Below, one piece after another: positions 1 through 11,514 of a DNA stretch of 64,000 bases (positions are counted from its first letter, which is position 1; every line of letters begins with the position of its first letter). Below the pieces are notes generated by a model. The model ran no database searches. It had not been told where the DNA came from and saw only the letters and a list, made by a program, of their open reading frames with translations. The position numbers were made by a program, and so were the translations under genes. Origin of the DNA: Squalus acanthias (Eukaryota); NCBI GenBank assembly GCA_030390025.1, contig CM059432.1, positions 69,008,001 through 69,072,000 on the forward strand. Direction: 5' to 3'.

Positions 1-1480
1 CTACTGCCCCATCTCCAACCTCCCTTTCCTCTCCAAAGTCCTTGAGCGTGTTGTCGCCTCCCAAATCCGTGCCCATCTTTCCCGCTATTCCATGTTTGAA
101 TCCCTCCAATCAGGTTTCTGCCCTTGCCACAGTACCGAAACGGCTCACATCAAAGTCACAAATGACATCCTTTGTGACTGTGACAAAGGTAAACTATCCC
201 TCCTCGTCCTTCTTGACTTGTCTGCAGCCTTTGACACGGTTGACCACTCCATCCTTCTCCAACGCCTCTCCACCGTCATCCAGCTGGGTGGTACTACACT
301 CGCCTGGTTCCATTCTTATCTATCTAATCGTAACCAAAGAATCACCTGCAACGGCTTCTCTTCCCGCTCCCACATCGTTACCTCTGGTGTCCCCCAAGGA
401 TCTATCCTTGGCCCCCTCCTATTTCTCATCTACATGTTGCCCCTTGGTGACATCATCCGAAAACACAGCATCAGTTTCCACATGTACGCTGACGACACCC
501 AGCTCTACCTCACTACCTCTTCTCTCGACCCCTCCACGGTGTCTAAATTGTCAGACTGCTTGACAAACATACAGTTTTGGATGAGCAAAAATTTTCTCTA
601 ATTAAATATTGGGAAGACCGAAGCCATTGTTTTCGGTCCCCGCCACAAACTCCGTTCCCTAGCCACTGACTCCATCCCTCTTCCTAACATCTATCGGAGG
701 CTGAACCACACTGTTCGCAACCTTGGTGTCATATTTGACCCTGATATGAGCTTCCGACCACATATCCGCAGCATCACAAAGACCGCCTACTTCCACCTTC
801 GTAACATCGCCCGTCTCCGCCCTTGCCTCAGCTCATCCGCTGCTGAAACCCTCATCCATGTCTTTGTTACCTCTAGACTTGACTATTCCAACATACTCCT
901 GGCTGGCCTCCCACATTCCACCCTACGTAAACTTGAGGTCATCCAAAACTCGGCTGCCCGTGTCCTAACTTGCACCAAGTCCCATTCACCCATCACCCCT
1001 GTGCTCGCTGACCTACATTGGCTCCCGGTTAAGCAGCGCCTTGATTTCAAAATTCTGATCCTTGTTTTCAAATCCTTCCATGGCTTCGCCCCTTCCTATC
1101 TCTGTAATCTCCTTCAGCTGCACAACCCCCCCCACCGCCCCCCCCCCCCCCCTCTCCCCGCCCCGAGATATCTGCACTCCTCTAATTCTGGCCTCTGGAG
1201 CATCCCTGATTATAATTGCTCAATCATTGGTGGCCGTGCCTTCTGTTGCCTTTGCCCTAGCTCTGGAATTCCCTGCCTAAACCTGTCCGCCTCGCTCCCT
1301 CTCTTTCCTCCTTTAAGACGCTCCTGAAAACCTACATCTTTGACCAAGTTTTTGGTCACCTGACCTAATTTATCCTTATGTGGATCGGTGTCAAACTTTT
1401 TGTCTTAAAATACTCCTGTGCAGCGCCTTGGGACGTTTTACTATGTTAAAGGCGCTATATAAATAGAAGTTGTTGTTGTT
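1..1480 (+). mobile_element. L2-clade LINE, 3' part (RT domain to 3' tail), degenerate
   Basis: ORFs 92-601 and 746-1327 carry LLDLSAAFDTVDH, GVPQGSILGP, YADD and LHWLPV; ends GGCGCTATATAAAT..(GTT)n. Confidence 0.95.
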
Positions 1481-1741
1481 ATTAAAAATATACACACAAA
1501 ACCAATCGACTCTTAATTTGGGTAATAATTACTCAAATAAAACTTTTAAAACAAATCTCTCCTGCAGAAAATGCTACAATTTCAATGTATTTATTTTCCA
1601 CAATACCTAATATTTTACCTATAGATATGCACAGCCAAACTCACAACATTTAAAAATAATATGTTCTGTTTTTATTAACAGTATACTGTGTGATAAGCTG
1701 TGCAATGTTAGCTGGTTAACTCCAGCAGTGTACCTGCTTAC

Positions 1742-1818
1742 ATTTGGTGGTCCCTAAGCCTTGTCCTCTTGTCAACCTGTGTCTGAACGCTCTGACCTTG
1801 GGCAAGTGGATTGTGTCC
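1742..1818 (-). CDS. Candidate internal exon of unidentified host gene (DTIHLPKVRAFRHRLTRGQGLGTTK)
   Basis: Minus-strand (CT)n-GTAG acceptor and GTAAGC donor; open frame; lies in non-repeat sequence. Confidence 0.5.
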
Positions 1819-2641
1819 CTACAGAGAGAGAGAGAGTTTGCACTCCAAATCAAATCAAATAAACGGGGACTGTGCAGATTCCTCTACAATTTGGTTATAG
1901 ATTGTTGCATATGTCAGACTAATAAAAAAATCTAAATAGGTAGGCAAGTTGCAACTGTTCACTATTTAACTTTTTGCTGGAGTTCACATTAATCTTTGAC
2001 CTTGTTTTGTGAAGACTGTACACCTTTCTGAACAAGCTCCACTTCACTTGTGAGATTTTTCTATATGCTCAATGATGTACATTTATTTTAAAGCCAATTT
2101 GTTCATGCAGTCAGCCCTGCAAGCAGCCCCCCTTACAATAGTTTAAATCACTCATAAAGAATTTTGTAGGTGAATAAGGCTGATTCTGGTCCATAGCCAT
2201 AATAACTGTCAGCCAGGAGGACTTCCCCATGGTACAGTTGCATGTTTGGGAGGTCACAATGATAGATTTTCAATTTGTGAGTTTACATACTTGTTCCAAT
2301 GCCCCACACCTGTGGTGTCATTGGCATTAATTAAGATTATTAATTTGCCAAAGAGACAAATGTCCCAAATCTACTGAAAACTCCAAACTTTCAAAATTCT
2401 GGTCTTTGTCACACCAGAATGGGAGGGGCAGAAATGTTATGATTAATTTGTACAATTGGCTTTTAGTTTATAATGTAACCCAATGAATTCTCACATTTAA
2501 CGCCAATAGATAACTTGCAATTATTCAGCACTTTTAATATAGAATCTATCCAAGGGACTTTACAGAAGAAGGATAAAAATAAAAATAAAATAGATAGAAT
2601 TAATATAAGTATAGTCACATTGCAAGGTGAGAGAGTTACAA

Positions 2642-3805
2642 AAGAACATAAGAAATAGGAGCAGGAGTAGGCCATTCGGCTCTTCAAGCCTGCTCTACCA
2701 TTCAATAAGATTATGGCTGATCTTCTACCTCAACTCCACCTTCCCACACTATCCCCATATCCCTTGATTCCCTTAGTATCCAACAATTATCGATCTCTGT
2801 CTTGAATATACTCAACAACTGAGCATCTACAGCCCTCTGGGGTAGAGAATTCCAAAGATTCACCACCCTCTGAATAAAGAAATTTCTCCTCATCTCAATC
2901 CTAAATGGCCGACCCCTTATTCTGAGACTGTGACCCCTAGTTCTAGACTCCCCAGCCAGGGGAAACATCCTCAATGCACCTACCCTGTCAAGCCATGTAA
3001 GAATTTTATATGTTTCAATTAGATCACCTCTCATTCTTCTAAATTCTGGGGAATATAGGCCTAGTTTCCTCAATCTCTCCTCATAGGAAGATACCCCCCA
3101 TCCTAGGAATCAGTCTGGTGAAACCTCATTGCACTCCCTCTAAGGCAAGTATATCCCTCCTTAGCTAAGGAGACCAAAACCGTACACAGTACTCCAGGTG
3201 TGGTCTCAACAAGGCCCTATATATTTGCATTAAGTCTTCTTTACTCTTATACTCCAATCCTTTTGTAATAAACGCTAACATACCATTTGCTTTCCTAATT
3301 GCTTGCTGTACCTGCATGTTAACTTTCAGTGATTTGTGTACAAGGACACCCAGGTCCCTCTGAATACCAACATTTCCCAATCTCTTACCATTTAAAAAAT
3401 ATTCTGCTTTTCTATTTTTCCTACCTAAGTGAATAACTTCACATTTCTCCACATTATATTCCATCTGCCATGTTCTTGCCCACTCACTTAACCTGTCTAT
3501 ATCCCTTTGCAGCCTCTTTGCATCCTCCTCACAATTTACTTTCCCACCTAGCTTTGTATTGTCAGCAAACTTAGATACATTACACTCTGTCCCCTCATCT
3601 AAGTTATTGATATAGGCTGTAAATAGCTGAGGCCCAAGCACTGATCCTTGTGGTACCCCACTAGTTACAGCCTTCCAACCCGAAAATGACCCATTTGTTC
3701 CTACTCTCTGTTTTCTGTCCATTACCAATGTATTTTGTGTCTCTTTCCGTGAAGACAGATACAAAATATTGGTTTAATGTCTCTGCCATTTCCTTATTCC
3801 CCAGG
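2642..3805 (-). mobile_element. CR1 LINE, 5'-truncated
   Basis: GVPQGSVLGP, FADN and RRMRGDLIETYK in ORFs 3165-3764 and 2711-3073; CR1 3' tail at 2642. Confidence 0.95.
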
Positions 3806-4429
3806 AAGGAGAGGTGAGTGAAAGCTTGATCAAAAAGATGGGTTTTGAAGTGTTTTTTAAAACTGAAGTGGAAAAGCAAAAGGTTTAAGGAGGGCATTCC
3901 AGAGAATAAGGGCCTAAGTGGCTTAAGTCTTTATCACCAATGGTAGGGCAAGGACAGGCGATGACACACAAAAGGCTGGAGTCAGAAGACTGACGGGTGT
4001 GGGAGGCAAAGTAAGACTGGAGAGTGGAGAGTGGCTGTGGAGCTATTTGAAGACAAGGACAAGAATTTTAAATTCAATACAGTGAGCAACAGGGAGCCAT
4101 TGTAGGTCAGCGAGGATGGCAGTGATTACAAAGGATAACAAAATATTACAAAATGTTTACAGCACAGAAACAGGCCATTCGGCCCACAGGTCCAAGCCTG
4201 TGTTTTTGCTTTACACGAGCCTCCTACCACCCCTCTTCATCTAATCGCATCAACATATTCTTCTACTCTTTTCACCCTCATGTGCTTATCTAGGTTCGCC
4301 TTGAATGCATCTATGCTATTCACCTCAACTACTCCCTGTGGTAGCCAGTTCCACATTCTTTCAGCAACAGTATGGGTGAGATAAAGGTGGAGACAGGTAA
4401 TATTGAGGAGGTGGAAGTAAGCAATCATA
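3805..4429 (-). mobile_element. Old L2 fragment containing a small CR1 3' fragment (~4150-4370); L2 continues at 11074-11290 beyond Harbinger A
   Basis: FKTHLFDQAF and AYFHLLNI peptides match the L2 at 746-1380; after 11074 the minus strand encodes FKLHILFVTK, the adjacent L2 peptide. Confidence 0.8.
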
Positions 4430-4677
4430 GGCCGTGATTTCACCATCGGAGGCTGGATCGCGGTGGGAGAGGTCATTGGCGGGTCCCGGTCCTGCTCCCG
4501 GCTCCAGCCGCTCTGCGAAAAGGATTTTACATTAATTGGGCTTGTTACCCGTTATGTGTTACCTGACTCAATTACAAGGTGCAGGTCTGGTGACGTCACC
4601 TGATGACGCGTTTGTTGCCAGTATATTTAAAGGGGCCATGTCCCCATTTGCTCTCAATTCTGATTTAATGCTCCTGA

Positions 4678-6573
4678 GTGCTGGTTCAGGCAACAAAAAC
4701 TGCAGATAGACAAAGGGCCGCGCCACGTTTCAGTGATGACTCCCTCCATATTCTTGTGGAGGGAGTCAGAGGACGCAGGGAGGTTCTATTCCCTGGGAAT
4801 GGAAGGAGGAGACCTCCTCAGCAGATGAAGACAGCCTGGCTGCAAATAGCTGAGGAGGCCAATGCAAGGTCTGTGGTTGTTTGCACCTGGGTGCAATGTA
4901 GGGAGAGGTTTAATGATCTTCTGCGTTCAGGAAAAGTGAGTATAAAAGCACACTTACCTTCATTCTGCTGTGCCTGTCATCACATCCCCATCACTCTGCA
5001 TTGCCAACCCTACTCCTGCACATCCTTACTCACCCCAACATCCCTTGCACCATCACCCATCTGTCTCTCCCTATGTACAGAATCACATCCCCATCTTACT
5101 ATGCACCCCTCACACTCACCCTCAACATTATGCAATGACAACAACTAATAACTCAAAAGGAGGCAACTTGGTATTGGCACCCCACTCCATCATAGTCTCC
5201 CTCTAAACCTCTATCCCATCCATTCTTTACACTCATTCCATCACTTTCACTCAAACTTCTTTTGTTTCCCTCATTGCAGGAAAAGAGAGCCCACAATAAG
5301 CGGGAGAGGGAGAGAACAGGAGGAGGACCATCATCATTGGCTGTGCTCACCAATGCTGAGGAGGCAGCTCTGGACATAACAGGAGTCGTTGACCAGCCTG
5401 AAGTGGGGGACAGAGAGAGGGGTTCATTAGAACAACCTGGTGACAGAATTATTTGCCATCCATCTTAGTTGGCATTCATGAGTGACTCATATGGGGTCTG
5501 ATGTCAAGATAAATTGAATGCTCATCATGTGCATAATGGGATGTGTCTGCAATCTACATATCACATGTCTAACTCATGTCGTTACTCTCCAACAGGACCA
5601 TCAAGAGCCCCCCCGCCCCACTGTCCAGGAGGAAGTCTCAGAGGATCCTCCAGCCTCTGAGGGAGCAGCGTCAGCAGAAATGAGCGCACCCAGCACCAGC
5701 GTAGAGTTGCACACCTCGGTGGGTCCTACGCGAGAGAGAGTCGTGTTGTCACCTGGTGTATCAGAAGTCACAAGTGAGCAAGATCAGATGGTGGAGACAG
5801 GGACAGCAGTGGACACTCCTCGTTGGAGGCCGCAGGAGTCTCCTAGCTCTGCTGAGCTGCATGTAGACACTGAGCCTCAGGGGCCATCCAGGAAGAGGTG
5901 ATCCTGGAGCTTTAGGAACAAGTTCAGGAGGCTCTGACATGGTTAGCAACCACGGTGACTGCGAATGTGCAGAGAATGGAGGAGTCCATCTCAAATATGA
6001 GCAATGCCATGGCGCACTCACTGGCAACTGTAGGTTCCGCCATGGAAAGGATGGCCACCTCCATGGAGGACAGAAATCGCCAGACTCAGGAGAACATGGC
6101 AACACTTCTAAATAGATGGTCAACTATGGAGGATAGATAGGCGTCTATTGAGGAGAGAAATCAGAGGTTCATGGATGTCCTTGTTATGAGGAATGTCACT
6201 ACAGACATGGGTCCTCATGGCCCCACTGATGTGCAGCAAGGTGCTCTCCATCTACTTGCTAGCAGAGAAGTGCAGGTGGCCCATGACAGGGATAATGGTG
6301 GGAGGGGACATGGAAGTGGGGGCTCCTCACCAAGTGATCACACTTCCACCCCCTTGCCAACCCCTTGGTCAGAGCCCCAGATGCCTCCCTGGACAGTCTG
6401 CAGGAGGAGCAGACTTTGGCGGGGCCCTCACAAGCTCCAAAACCCAGAGGATGACCGCCAAAGGCATCTAAGCAAGCACAGCAGGGAAGTGAGCAGGCTG
6501 CCTCTACATCTGCTGAAGCCACGGGGTAGCACCACATAGAAGCACGCATAAAAGAAAGATCCAACATAAATAG
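4678..6573 (+). pseudogene. Harbinger A Myb/SANT-like ORF2, 3 exons (~4678-4935, 5280-5439, 5596-6573)
   Basis: APRFSDD..AWLQIAEE..TWVQCRERFNDL; GT-AG junctions; KRERERTGGG; in-frame stops and frameshifts in exon 3. Confidence 0.88.
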
Positions 6574-6898
6574 TCACAAGGGTAGTCACTTGGGTGATTT
6601 GCTATAAATGAATGTTAAGTTTCTGTTCTTTTACTTTGTTGTAATAAATTATTTTTTTCTGAGTGTTTGCATTCATTGCCATATGTGTGCTCACAATTGC
6701 AAGTGGCAGAGTGAAGGGTAAGGGTGCCTTTTATGTCCAGCAATGGTGGTGACAGTGCAAGGAATGAACAGTTCATTGTAGAGATGCTCTATGGTGTTGA
6801 AGTGGGGTGATGCCAACCTTCAAGCGCATGTGGCAGCCACATGTCTGTGCTGCATAAAGTTAGGTGAATCTGACATTGGCCCAGAAATTAAACACTCA

Positions 6899-7673
6899 GG
6901 GCTGGATTTTGTCTTGGGGTCGGGTTGGGGTCGTGTAATCCGCATTTCGTGTTTCCCCCCCTGACTCCAGATTAATGTGGATGCCTGATGCAATTTTCAC
7001 TTAATTGGGCAATTGAGTTGGAGCATGTGGGAACCCATGAACTAATTAGTGTTTTCAGTCTGAAAGTCGCCTCTGATGATGTCATCATTACCGACTGCCT
7101 AGTCTCAGAGACTGTTGGTGAGAGAGGACTTACCTGGCTTTTGATGTGAGTGGACCTGGATGCAAAAATGGGTTGGGGGGGGGGAGGAAAGAGAGAGAGA
7201 GAGAGAGAGAGAATGAGAGAATTTTTTTGCCAAGTAAGTCCTCCCAGGCAGTCTCTTAAGACATTCGATGCAGCAGCATCAGAGGCAATGTTCAGACCTA
7301 ATACTACTACTACCACCTTCATCACATCTCCGTTGTAATAGTGCACTTGCAGCCGATAGTCAGCTATCCACTTGTGCTCCCGCCAGGTTTCACTGGAGTG
7401 TTTCACACCAGGCGTGCTTCACGTCAGAAGAGGGTTAAACTAGCTACAGCGTTTCAAAATGGCATTACAGAGCCAATTTAGAGCTTGTTAAGGGCTTTAA
7501 TGGCCTCTCCCGCCTCTTGAAGGCGGGACGGAGTCGGGAACCCCGCGACTGATTATGTCAAAATTGCGTGGAGGCGGGATGGAGTCGGGATAGGGTCGGA
7601 AACCCCGACCCCGCAAATTTAACCCCCCACACGCCTCCAAACCTGACTCCATGGGTCATTCAAAATCCAGCCC
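6899..7673. mobile_element. Non-autonomous internal-deletion relative of Harbinger B
   Basis: Perfect 13-bp TIR GGGCTGGATTTTG; both arms align to the subterminal regions of 15937-20285 in inverted orientation; flanks TCA/TGA. Confidence 0.9.
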
Positions 7674-8023
7674 TGAGTGTTGACGCGGGGGTAAGGCTTC
7701 CCCGCGATATCTCACTCCGCGCCTACCTTTTTCCTCCGGGCCCACACGAACTTTAGTTTCAAGGCTGCAGCTGTGCAGTGCTTGCGTGACCCAGAGATGC
7801 AATTAGTTCGTGCGAGCTCTGGGATCACATGATTCAGTTAGAGCCAATGGCAGCACACCATCTTTCATTCATAGTTTTGACAGGAAGACCTGTCAAAGCT
7901 ATGAATACAAAACCCCTGCAAAAGAACAGCTAAACCTCAATTAAATTAAAAAAAAAAAGCCATCACATTAATAAAATAAGAAGTCGCACAACACCAGGTT
8001 ATAGTCCAACAGATTTATTTAAT

Positions 8024-8062
8024 TTTACAAGCTTTCGGAGCTATCGCTCCTTCGTCAGGTAA
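8024..8062 (-). ncRNA. Minimal type I hammerhead ribozyme motif (inverted copy of 8436-8473)
   Basis: Exact reverse complement of the 8436-8473 motif. Confidence 0.75.
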
Positions 8063-8435
8063 GTTAGCAATGAGAGAATCTCCCAGAATTCACAATTTAA
8101 ACCCAGACAAAATCTATTCACATTATTCGCTACAACAAAGAGCACAGCCAAGACAATGAGATGTGTCCCAGGGGGTCCAGCGTGTCAAACCACCTGCTGG
8201 CTGCATATCCTGTCAATTTGTGTTCTTGTGTTTTTAAAAAAAAACAAAAAAAAAAAAAAAACAAAAAAAAACACCTGGGAAGACCGGCCATGATGTCAAG
8301 TCACGTTCTGTATCGTGACATGAACCCGATATCGCGATTGAGGCCATCCTCATGAGTGCGGAACTTGGCTATCAGTTTCTGCTCTATGATTTTGCGCTGT
8401 CGTGTATCTCGAAGGCCGCCTTGGAGAACGCTAAC

Positions 8436-8473
8436 TTACCTGACGAAGGAGCGATAGCTCCGAAAGCTTGTAA
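8436..8473 (+). ncRNA. Minimal type I hammerhead ribozyme motif in Penelope pLTR
   Basis: CTGACGA-(GGAGC gata GCTCC)-GAAA with palindromic AAGCTT stem III and TTAC/GTAA stem I. Confidence 0.78.
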
Positions 8474-10189
8474 AATTAAATAAATCTGTTGGACTATAAC
8501 CTGGTGTTGTGCGACTTCTCATTTTTGTCCACCCCAGTCCAACGCCGGCATCTCCACATCATTAATAAAATAAGTATAGTTAAATAAATTAACCACTTTA
8601 AACAAAAAATTAAATTTTTGAAAAAATTTAAAATCTTTTTAAAAGTTATAAAAATAAACTTACCTTTCTTTAAAGTCTCTAAAAAAGATAAACCTGTTGA
8701 AAAAAATTTAAAATAATACTTAATTAACTACTTACCTTGTTAAAAGAGGGTCTTACGCCTCCTTTCTTTATGTGTAAAATCTTCCATGCTTACCTGCGCG
8801 TTCAAAGCACTAAGTGCACTGCGTGCGCGCAGCCTGTAGCGCGCACGCGGTTCACTTTGGAACCGCCCCCTTTTGAAATCACGAAGTGCCGGTTTCCCGC
8901 GTATGCGCAGTGCATGCAGGAGACCGGCAATTGGAGACCTAAAACGCGAGAGTACACGGGCAGCAATGTGCTCGCATGCTGGTCGCATTGGGTCAGCCAC
9001 CTCCTGCAGGTCTTCCTCATTCTGCTCCTCCTCCTCCTCTGAAGAGGCTGTGCGCTCTGCACCTTGTGCCTCTTGCAGCACTAATCCTCGCTGCAGTGCG
9101 ATGTTGTGCAGGGCACAGCAGAAAATGACAATTCTCGAGACCCTGGCTGGTGTGTACTGAAGGGCTCCACCAGATCTGTCCAGACATCTGAAGCGCATTT
9201 TGAGCAGCCTTATTGTTTGCTCTATGAGACTTCTGGTGGAAATGTGGCTTTGATTATAATGCTCTTCAGACTCATTTGATGGCCTCTTCAAAGGTGTCAT
9301 TAACCATGTCTTCAGGGGATAACCCTTGTCTCCAAGGAGCCAGCCGGAAAGTTCATTTAGCGGTGCGAAGAGCTGAGGGACAGTGGACTGGCGCAGGATG
9401 TAAGAGTCATGGCAGCTGCCAGGGAACTTGGCACACACGCATGATGCTCTTCCTATGGTTGCAGATCAGCTGCACGTTAAGGGAGTGGAAGCCCTTGTGG
9501 ATGACAAATACTGCTGGGTTCTGATGGGGTGCCCTGGTGGCCACACGTGTGCAGTCGATGACGCCCTGCACCCGTGGGACGCCAGCCAGATTGACAAAGC
9601 CGAGCGCCCGCTCGGTAACACTGGCTTCATCAGTGGAAAAGTGGATGTAATTGGCGGACTTGTCAAAGAGGGCATCAGTGACCTGCGTGATGCATCTGTG
9701 GGCGGCTGACTGGGAGATGACGCTAATGTCTGCTGGAAGGAGCCTGACGCAAAGAAGTTAAGGCAGTGGTGACTTTGACAGCCACTGGTAAGGGGTGTCC
9801 ACCCGCTCCTCTGGGCTGCAGGTTTTGATCGAGCATTGTGCAAATGTCTACAACCACCTGTCGTGATAGTCTCAGCCTCCTTTGGCACTGCTGCTCAGTC
9901 ATGTTGTGGAAGCTCATCCTCGGCCTGTAAACCTTGTGTTGGGGGTATCTCCTGCAGCGCGGTGCAGCCCTGCACTGATGCCCTCTGCCCTGTGCAGCAG
10001 CAGGTGGTTGAGGAGAAGGTTGGTGCTCTTGTTGTTGGTGCTGCTGGTGTGCCTGGTTCTGCTGCTGTGGCTGATCATGGTCAGATTCTGAGGACCAGGG
10101 TGAGAGAGTATAAATCGTTCCCATTCTACTGTTATATATGGCAGGTGAGGATGAGATGTTAGAAGCAAGCTGTCAATGGGGAGAGAGGT

Positions 10190-10600
10190 ATTGGAGTTTA
10201 GAAGAATGATTCAAACATATAAGATTCTGAGGGGGCTTGACAGGGTAGATGCTGAGAGGATGTTTCCCCTTGTGGGGGAATCTAGAACTAGGGAGCATAG
10301 TTTCAGGATAAGGGGTCGCCAATTTAAGACGGAGATGAGGAGGAATTTCTTCTCTCAGAGGGTCGTGATTCTTTGGAATTCTCTACCCCAGATTGCTGTG
10401 GAGGCTGAGTCAGTGAATATATTCAAGGCTGAGATAAACAGATATTTGAGCTACAGGGGAGTCAAGGATTATGGGGAACAGGCAGGAAAGTGTAGTTGAG
10501 GCCAAGATCCGATCAGCCATGATCTTATTGAATGGCGGAGCAGGCTCGAGGAGCTGAATGGCCTACTCCTTCTCCTATTTCTTATGTTCTTATGTTCTTA
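10190..10600 (+). mobile_element. CR1 3' fragment inserted upstream of the transposase in Harbinger A
   Basis: ORF 10176-10499 is the CR1 C-terminus; (TTCTTATG)n tail. Confidence 0.92.
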
Positions 10601-11414
10601 TTCCAAGGAGGTGACAGTGGATATAGAGTTTACACCACACACTTATAGCCTCAATAAAGATCAAATGTGTCTTCCAAATCCTGAAATCAGCAACTTCTGA
10701 CATTGGAAAGTGAACAGATGTTAAATGTTAGCTTTTATACTACATTTGCAGCTGTGAACTATTCAGCTCGATTGAACTCCCGACCTACTTACCTGACATG
10801 ATCGCCAAACGACGTGAACCTCGTTAAAAATGTGGTAAAATAGAAATAGGCTGGCAAAATAGTAGTTAACTAGCGTTTAACAAGCATTTAACTATCTTAA
10901 ATGCTTTCCCCGCCGTTTGGTGTCGGGTCTGTTCTGAAATCGCAGACCTGACACTTTGGAAACTTACATGGAGGTGGGTTCGGAGCGGGATCCCAACCTG
11001 ATGTCAATCATTTCGATTTTGACAGCGGACCCGCCTCCGAACCTGCCCTCAGAGTGCCGGCAAAATCGCGGCCTTAGTGACAAATAGGATGTGGAGCTTG
11101 AAGTGGAGTTTGAAGTGGATGTAAAACCTTTGGTTCAGTCTGAAGGAATGGCCAGGAAGGGGGATGGAGTCAGTAACAAGGAATCAAAGTTTATAGTAGG
11201 CATTGCGAAAGATGGCTTCAATCTTCCTGCTGTTCAGTTGGAAGAAATTTTTGACTCAGCCATGACTTGATGGTCATGAAATGGTGCTGAGGTAGAACAA
11301 CTTGATCCTGAAGCATGCACGTGCGCTGTAGGAAGCCTTCTACTGGATGACTAAGTGTTCTGAACTATAAAGGAGAACTGGTTGGCCATGTGTCTTATTT
11401 GCCACAAGGTTAAC

Positions 11415-11514
11415 CTTTCCCAATTAACATCAGATAATTTGTCACAGTCCAGAGAGTGAACCATAGTAGATGTGAAAAGATTCATACTATCCTCGGAAGG
11501 ATTAAGGTTAGCAG
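11415..11514 (-). CDS. Tentative host exon (ANLNPSEDSMNLFTSTMVHSLDCDKLSDVNWER); a further tentative 54-nt exon at 11635-11688
   Basis: Open phase 1 to phase 2 frame compatible with exon 1742-1818; donor is weak (GTTAAC); 11635-11688 has a consensus GTAAGT donor. Confidence 0.3.

Larger units (their letters stand above)
7979..8560 (-). mobile_element. 5'-truncated Penelope-like retroelement with inverted pLTR
   Basis: Minus strand ~8435-8301 encodes VSVLQGGLRDTRQRKIIEQKLIAKFRTHEDGLNRDIGF (GIY-YIG C-terminus); 90-bp perfect inverted repeat 7979-8068/8430-8519; CATTAATAAAATAAG duplicated at 7966-7980 and 8560-8574. Confidence 0.9.
6878..8955 (+). mobile_element. Harbinger-type MITE (same family as 24919-25663), right end deleted
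   Basis: Colinear with 24919-25623 once the two nested insertions are removed; begins GGCCCAGAAATT. Confidence 0.88.
6860..10124 (-). pseudogene. Harbinger A DDE transposase, frameshifted and split by the MITE at 6878-8955
   Basis: MGTIY start, [23 protein letters not shown]-terminal NVRFT-stop displaced to 6860-6877. Confidence 0.92.
4430..11073. mobile_element. PIF/Harbinger transposon A (full length, inactivated, with nested insertions)
   Basis: Imperfect TIRs GGCCGTGATTTCACC / GGCAAAATCGCGGCC; 3-bp flanks ATA/TTA splitting an L2; convergent Myb (+) and transposase (-) genes. Confidence 0.9.

Noticed and set aside
1125..1165. Poly-C tract encoding poly-proline
   Set aside because: Low-complexity expansion inside a dead L2, possibly with homopolymer sequencing error
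8740..9438. Transposase ORF with a novel C-terminal extension
   Set aside because: Read-through into the inserted MITE; the real C-terminus lies at 6860-6877 and the upstream gene is frameshifted
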